In this document: in pieces, positions 58,738 through 64,000 of the stretch | How positions within the stretch are numbered: position 1 is the first letter of the stretch | Layout of the letters: each line of letters begins with the position of its first letter | Assembly: GCA_963799275.1 (NCBI GenBank) | Contig: CAWCWJ010000001.1 | Coordinates: 197,071-261,070, forward strand | Origin: an uncultured Alphaproteobacteria bacterium | GTDB taxonomy: Bacteria; Pseudomonadota; Alphaproteobacteria; Micavibrionales; Micavibrionaceae | Length of the DNA: 64,000 nt | Direction: 5' to 3' | Position numbers and translations under genes: made by a program | Notes under the pieces: generated by a model | What the model was told of the DNA's origin: nothing | The model's database searches: none | The model's input: only the letters and a program-made list of their open reading frames with translations

Positions 58738-60249
58738 ATGACAGCCATAATTAATACAGTTGCATTCCAAGGGGTGGATGTTCGTCCTGTGGATGTGCAG
58801 GTACAAATATCAAATGGTTTGCCTGCCTTTACGATTGTCGGCCTGCCTGATAAGGCCGTGGCGGAGAGTAAGGAGCGGGTGCGTGCCGCCCTTCATGCAT
58901 TGGGGATTGCATTACCACCCAAACGCCTGACCGTTAATTTGGCGCCTGCGGATGTAAATAAGGAAGGCAGCCATTATGATCTGCCCATTGCGCTGGGTCT
59001 ATTGGCCGCGATGGAGGTTTTGCCAAAGGATGAGTTAAGCCAATATATTGTTTTGGGTGAATTATCGCTCGATGCGACCATTCGGGGGGTAACGGGTGTA
59101 TTACCAGCGGCCATTTTTGCCGCAAGCAATGATAATAGTCTTATTTGCCCTTCCACGTGCGGGGGTGAGGCCGCCTGGGCAGGGGACGATTTATCCATTT
59201 TGGCACCCCAAAATTTATTGCAATTAATTAATCATATTAAAGGGACTCAAATGCTCGCCCGCCCTACAGGTAAAATTGTAGAAGGGGTAAAACATAAAAC
59301 CAACCTTGCCGATGTAAAAGGGCAAGAATGCGCCAAACGCGCATTAGAAGTTGCTGCCGCAGGGGCGCATAATCTATTAATGATGGGCCCTCCGGGGTCG
59401 GGGAAATCAATGTTGGCAAGCTGTCTGCCTTCTATCTTACCGCCTTTGTCACCCAAGGAAGCATTGGAAGTTTCAATGATACATTCTTTATCGGGGACAT
59501 TAAATGAAGATGGGTTAATGAAAACCCGCCCCTATCGTGACCCGCATCATTCCGCATCTTTGCCTGCAATAATCGGGGGTGGGCATAAGGTAAAACCAGG
59601 GGAAATTTCATTAGCGCATCATGGGGTTTTGTTTTTGGATGAATTGCCCGAATTTTCACGCGCCACATTGGAAGCATTGCGCCAGCCCCTTGAAACAGGA
59701 GAAACATTAGTGGCACGGGCAAATCATCATGCAACCTATCCCGCACGGTTCCAGTTTATTGCCGCTATGAATCCCTGCCGATGTGGATATTTGGGGGATG
59801 CAGATCGTGAATGCTCCAAAGCGCCGCGGTGCGGGCAAGATTATCAAACGAAAATCTCTGGCCCAATGTTGGATCGGATTGATATCCAAGTCGAAGTACC
59901 AGCCGTATCAATTGAAGATTTGGATAAAACCGATGCTGAAAGCTCGGATATCGTAGCGGCACGGGTGCAGAACGCGCGGGATATTCAAAATGATCGCTAT
60001 AAAGACACGGATATTCGTGTAAATGCCCATGCAAATGGTGAATTGCTCGAAAAACAAATGGTGATGGAAGATAAAGCCAAGGAATTAATGACCAAGGCCG
60101 CGACAAAAATGCGCTTATCAGCGCGCGGATATTATCGTCTTATCCGCGTGGCGCGCACCATTGCCGATTTACAAGGAATTGAAGGCCACATTCAACCCCA
60201 TCATATAGCCGAAGCGCTCAGCTATCGCAAAATATCGTTAAGTAACTGA
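58738..60249 (+). CDS. YifB/ComM family Mg-chelatase-like AAA+ ATPase
   Basis: Lon-like N-terminal domain, Walker A GPPGSGKSM, Walker B LFLDELPEF. Start set at MTAIINTVAF. Confidence 0.92.
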   Translation: MTAIINTVAFQGVDVRPVDVQVQISNGLPAFTIVGLPDKAVAESKERVRAALHALGIALPPKRLTVNLAPADVNKEGSHYDLPIALGLLAAMEVLPKDELSQYIVLGELSLDATIRGVTGVLPAAIFAASNDNSLICPSTCGGEAAWAGDDLSILAPQNLLQLINHIKGTQMLARPTGKIVEGVKHKTNLADVKGQECAKRALEVAAAGAHNLLMMGPPGSGKSMLASCLPSILPPLSPKEALEVSMIHSLSGTLNEDGLMKTRPYRDPHHSASLPAIIGGGHKVKPGEISLAHHGVLFLDELPEFSRATLEALRQPLETGETLVARANHHATYPARFQFIAAMNPCRCGYLGDADRECSKAPRCGQDYQTKISGPMLDRIDIQVEVPAVSIEDLDKTDAESSDIVAARVQNARDIQNDRYKDTDIRVNAHANGELLEKQMVMEDKAKELMTKAATKMRLSARGYYRLIRVARTIADLQGIEGHIQPHHIAEALSYRKISLSN

Positions 60250-60391
60250 TATATAATATTAAAACATCTATTTTTGTGTTATGATGACCCTTTATTTATA
60301 CTTGAATATGGGTCTTAGCGATTTGTTAAATCTTATGCGCTATACTTAAAAAAGTATAAAAAGGGAGAGGCTTCACAGTCTTTAATAAAAT

Positions 60392-61168
60392 ATGAGTGTA
60401 TCGGGAAGTTTCGTAGAATCACCAAAAGGCACACCAGATGGTCAATCTGGTCAAGAATATCATGCAGGTTTAGATGAATTAGCCCGCCAAGCGAGCGCGT
60501 CTGTTGCAGAAGTAAAAAAAACCGAAGGTCAAATAAAAGATAACCAAAGCCGCGTTGAAGGCGCAAAAGCAGATAGCAAGCGTGAAGAAGCGGGACGCGA
60601 AAACAAAGCATCATCTGAAAGTGAAGTGAGTTTAGCAGCTGTAGAATCTGCTGCATTACCAGCGGCAATGCAGATTGCCAAAACGGGAATGGAAGTTTTA
60701 GGCGAAAACCGAAGCAATCCTGTTGATACTTTATCAAATAATGAGGCAAAAAATTTAGGGTTATCAGGCAAAGGAACATCTTTTGAAGATGGGTTTAAAA
60801 CAATTAGATCTGCCCCCTTGGGAAATTTAAATTCCATCCCGCAACGTGCGAAAGTGGCATCAAAATCTTTGGGGGAGCAAGGTGATACAAATATCGGAAC
60901 GGTTGCTACTGAACAAAATGCTGCAAATTTGACAACTTCGGCAACACTGGCAACCTCATTGGTTTGTGCCAATGAAAAAGTTTTGGGACAGGTAATGGCC
61001 GCCAAAGCAACAAACGCCCATAATATAAATCACGCCCCGGGAATGGGGTCAAGCGCACCAGCATTGGAAAATAATAAGATGGGGCGTGGCCCTGCCTATA
61101 TCTCTCCCGAACAAGCCGAACGGATGGCACGTTCAATGGAAACAGACAATTCGGAAAGTTGGGCTTAA
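60392..61168 (+). CDS. hypothetical low-complexity (Ala/Ser/Glu/Asn-rich) protein
   Basis: 258-aa ORF. Long antisense ORFs also exist here, so strand and coding status are tentative. Confidence 0.4.
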   Translation: MSVSGSFVESPKGTPDGQSGQEYHAGLDELARQASASVAEVKKTEGQIKDNQSRVEGAKADSKREEAGRENKASSESEVSLAAVESAALPAAMQIAKTGMEVLGENRSNPVDTLSNNEAKNLGLSGKGTSFEDGFKTIRSAPLGNLNSIPQRAKVASKSLGEQGDTNIGTVATEQNAANLTTSATLATSLVCANEKVLGQVMAAKATNAHNINHAPGMGSSAPALENNKMGRGPAYISPEQAERMARSMETDNSESWA

Positions 61169-61171
61169 AAT

Positions 61172-61582
61172 ATGGTTGCAAGTTTAGGTGCAGAATTTCA
61201 AGCTAGTGCAATTTATGATAATGTGCCAACTGCTGCGCCTGCATTTGATATGCCCGAGCCAGAAGTGACAACAACGGTTACTATCAATCCAGATTTACTA
61301 AATGGTGCTGATGGTGCGTGCTTACTTCCTGGAGTAGCTGTTCAAGCAATGCATCAAAGCGATAGTTTGCTTGGTGGCATCATGTCTGCAGTCGAAAATT
61401 TAACAAATGATGTTTGCGAAGCGGGACAACAATTAATGGGGGCTGACCTGGCGCAAGAACAAATTGTAGAAGTTGGTTCGAAACCAGTTCTTGATACATT
61501 TTTAACAGCAAAAGAAACGCAATACACGCAAGAGGCACTAAAAACGCCAGTTGCGGCGCCTACGCCAAATATGCTTGGTTAA
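61172..61582 (+). CDS. hypothetical protein
   Basis: 136-aa ORF beginning 3 nt after the previous stop. No family recognised. Confidence 0.4.
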   Translation: MVASLGAEFQASAIYDNVPTAAPAFDMPEPEVTTTVTINPDLLNGADGACLLPGVAVQAMHQSDSLLGGIMSAVENLTNDVCEAGQQLMGADLAQEQIVEVGSKPVLDTFLTAKETQYTQEALKTPVAAPTPNMLG

Positions 61583-61585
61583 GAT

Positions 61586-62440
61586 TTATTTAGAAATTTC
61601 ATTGTCATCGTCGATGCCAAGGGCAAGATCGGTTAGATCGATTTGCTCTTTATTTTCCTTTGCCAATTTTTGAAAATGGCGGACAGAAAATGGAATGCTG
61701 AGCAAGTACATCGCGCTTAATATTGTTAAACTAATCCATGGGGCTTGGATCAGGGCGGCGATGATTAAAGCAACCACCGCCAAGGCAGGCATTGCCATCT
61801 TTTTGGGAAGATGGATTTGCTTGGTGGAAAAGGTTGGAATACGGCTGACCATCAAGGCGGCACAAAATAAAACCCATAATCCAACAATAATATTCAGCGT
61901 ACCAAATTGTTCAAAATAATCAGGTGCAATTAGCCATACAAACAAAGGAAAAAGTGCAATTCCTGCCCCCGCGGGGGCGGGTACGCCAGAAAAAAATCCT
62001 TTCGCCCATTCTTTTACTGGTTTTTTCGAACTGACATTATAACGCGCCAAACGCATGGCGCATGCCACGGCAAAGACCAACATGGCAATCCACCCCACTT
62101 TGCCTGACTCCTCTAATATCCAAAGATATAAAACAATAGAAGGGGCAATGCCAAAGGCCAAAAAATCAGAAAGACTATCCAATTGTGCGCCAAACTCGCT
62201 GGTCGCATTCAACAATCTGGCCGAGGCCCCATCAAGGGCATCAAGAATAGCCGCAGCAACAATAGCGATAACCGCCTGATCCCATGCCCCATTAATGGCA
62301 AATTGAATAGAAGACAATCCCGCCGCCAAGGCACATAAAGTTAAAATATTAGGCACAAGTTTATAAAAATGGGCGGCATTGCCATCATGATGGTCAATAT
62401 CATGTTCGATAGATGAGGAAGCGTCTTTGTTTTCTATCAT
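61586..62440 (-). CDS. pssA: CDP-diacylglycerol--serine O-phosphatidyltransferase
   Basis: CDP-alcohol phosphatidyltransferase motif DALDGASARLLNATSEFGAQLDSLSD; multi-pass membrane protein. Confidence 0.9.
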   Translation of the reverse strand: MIENKDASSSIEHDIDHHDGNAAHFYKLVPNILTLCALAAGLSSIQFAINGAWDQAVIAIVAAAILDALDGASARLLNATSEFGAQLDSLSDFLAFGIAPSIVLYLWILEESGKVGWIAMLVFAVACAMRLARYNVSSKKPVKEWAKGFFSGVPAPAGAGIALFPLFVWLIAPDYFEQFGTLNIIVGLWVLFCAALMVSRIPTFSTKQIHLPKKMAMPALAVVALIIAALIQAPWISLTILSAMYLLSIPFSVRHFQKLAKENKEQIDLTDLALGIDDDNEISK

Positions 62441-62441
62441 T

Positions 62442-63158
62442 TTAAATCTTAATCGCAGCGTAAGGTTCGTCTATATTCGCATCAAAATCAGCCAAGATAG
62501 TTTCCCCTGCAATGGTGCGCTGGCCTTCACAAACCATGACAGGCATATTATCGGGCAAATATATATCCATACGACTGCCAAAGCGGATGATGCCAAACCT
62601 CTCCCCTGCCTTGACCATATCCCCTTCGTTTAATTGGGTTACAATGCGGCGGGCAACCAATCCTGCAATTTGTGAGAATCCGATAAATTGACCTGTCTTG
62701 GTTTTAATCAAGGCGTGGGCGCGTTCGTTCTCGATGCTGGCTTTATCCAATTCAGCATTTAAAAATTTTCCTTCATAATAAAATGTTTTTACAATCTCTC
62801 CCCCAAATGGCGCGCGATTAACATGGGGGTCAAGAACAGAAAGAAAGATGCTTATCTTTGTATAACTGTCGCTATCATCTTCTTCATTCAAATCATCAGG
62901 CAGATTGTTTCCTTGGGTTATTTTTAAAACACGCCCATCGGCAGGCGCCAAAACCAAGCTATCTTTTTGGGGAACATGGCGAATAGGGTCACGAAAGAAA
63001 TAATAGATAAAAGCTGTGATCAATAAAGCCAAAACGCCTAAAGGCTGCCAAATTAGTAATAAAATAATCGAAACCCCAAGCCCTCCAAATATAAAGGGAT
63101 GCCCCGCAGGATGTGGTTTAACAAAACAAGTATTCTTAATTGTTTGAAGAAGAGACAT
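62442..63158 (-). CDS. psd: phosphatidylserine decarboxylase proenzyme (short form)
   Basis: RFGSRMDIYLP self-cleavage (GS) motif, N-terminal TM helices, directly upstream of pssA. Confidence 0.88.
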   Translation of the reverse strand: MSLLQTIKNTCFVKPHPAGHPFIFGGLGVSIILLLIWQPLGVLALLITAFIYYFFRDPIRHVPQKDSLVLAPADGRVLKITQGNNLPDDLNEEDDSDSYTKISIFLSVLDPHVNRAPFGGEIVKTFYYEGKFLNAELDKASIENERAHALIKTKTGQFIGFSQIAGLVARRIVTQLNEGDMVKAGERFGIIRFGSRMDIYLPDNMPVMVCEGQRTIAGETILADFDANIDEPYAAIKI

Positions 63159-63342
63159 ATTTTAATACTTTCGCAATATAATTAGGTTATAAATAGTAGC
63201 TTTTCGTTGTTAAGGAAACTATAATAAATATGGTCCAATTTATAGTATTTATTTATATTTACTTTTCTTGCGATTATAAAAATGTCTGTTAACCAGACTG
63301 TCGAAATTAATAATATTATTTTTTAAAGTGTGAATTACTTCT

Positions 63343-64000
63343 ATGAAAACTTCTTTTTACTCTATTTTTATTCTGTTTACGCTGGTTTTAATGGTTTCAA
63401 ACCCTGTTTTGGCACAATCATCTTATGATTTAGGATGTCGGGAGGCTGAAAGTACATCCTCTATCCAAAAATGTTTAAAAAACAAACTTGAAGAGGCTCA
63501 AAATCGTTTAAAAGACGCTTACTCTGCCTTGGATAAGAAATTTGACAATCAAAATAAAAGCAATGAGCTTAAGCAACTTCAAACATCATGGTTAAAATAT
63601 CGGGATGATGAATGTATGTGGGAAGCCAACCACGCATCAACCCCAGGCTTAAAAGGTATTAATGAATTATCATGTATGGTTCGGGTGAGTGAGGATCGCG
63701 CAGATTTACTTGAAATAACATATATTGATATTGATCCTGATTTAACGCGTCAATATGCAAATACTAGCCGTTGGAAAAATATTTTAAGAAATAATTATAA
63801 AGAAACGGTCTGGGATTTTAACAATGCAATCACGCATGATTTGCAATGTGGTGATACGCAAGAAATTATCGCGCAAGGGCATAAATTTGTCCAAACCGAA
63901 GACAATAAAAACCTATTTTACAAAAACAAAGTCTTAGCCTTAGTGATCAATCCCGCCATTGGTCGCCCCGAAGTGACAACATTTGATTTTGAAATTTCGA
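63343..64000 (+). CDS. exported DUF1311 / LprI-like protein (3' end outside window)
   Basis: Not in the ORF track because it has no stop in the window. I translated it from the ATG at 63343 and found it open to 64000. Signal peptide ...NPVLAQS, then the C-x10-C ... LQTSWLKYRDDEC pattern typical of DUF1311. Confidence 0.65.
   Translation, partial: MKTSFYSIFILFTLVLMVSNPVLAQSSYDLGCREAESTSSIQKCLKNKLEEAQNRLKDAYSALDKKFDNQNKSNELKQLQTSWLKYRDDECMWEANHASTPGLKGINELSCMVRVSEDRADLLEITYIDIDPDLTRQYANTSRWKNILRNNYKETVWDFNNAITHDLQCGDTQEIIAQGHKFVQTEDNKNLFYKNKVLALVINPAIGRPEVTTFDFEIS

Noticed and set aside
60333-61181. Minus-strand ORFs of 148, 158 and 91 aa
   Set aside because: They mutually overlap in different frames and are Leu/Phe/Pro-rich nonsense-like sequences. 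The plus-strand ORFs are longer and contiguous (3-nt spacing). I kept the ambiguity as a finding rather than annotating them.

Overview
AT-rich alphaproteobacterial chromosomal window carrying almost the whole conserved origin-proximal housekeeping block of the class. The left arm is mltA-tim44-fxsA-secB, then dnaQ-coaE-aroE-maf-DUF299(PpsR-like). The right arm is hemE-hemH-hemJ, rho, mnmE-mnmG-rsmG-parA-parB, holA, lptE and leuS. Beyond that lie a DUF3576-like lipoprotein, a porin, yggS, smr, an M23 peptidase, hslU/hslV, HIT, comM/yifB, pssA-psd and a DUF1311-like gene that runs off the window. Three perfect parS sites (TGTTTCACGTGAAACA) and one near-perfect site sit in mnmE, mnmG and rsmG, just upstream of parAB. 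Almost every junction of the conserved block has acquired accessory genes. The largest insertion is a 10.6-kb, four-gene, co-oriented island between secB and dnaQ (5.3-15.9 kb). It encodes (1) a 1400-aa fibre with a pseudopilin-like head, YadA-like and phage-tail-fibre-like repeats and a C-terminal S74 intramolecular-chaperone domain; (2) a secreted double-LamG protein flanked by a novel Cys-bracketed module; (3) a second S74 fibre that shares near-identical DNA blocks with the first; and (4) a 14-blade LVIVD propeller built from 14 near-identical 135-bp tandem repeats. I consider this island the best candidate for an undescribed system (a cell-surface fibre/adhesion apparatus assembled from phage-fibre parts). 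Other notable items: the DUF299-hemE interval, where alphaproteobacterial origins normally lie, is expanded by three orphan genes including a tandem paralogue pair. There is a membrane-anchored protein with eight CxxC DnaJ-type zinc-finger motifs, a eukaryote-like FASTK/RAP-type protein, and a GC-rich REP-like hairpin array. Three genes (rsmG, leuS and an FAD oxidoreductase) are each broken by a frameshift that deleting one nucleotide would repair. No rRNA, tRNA, CRISPR, integrase or transposase was recognised.
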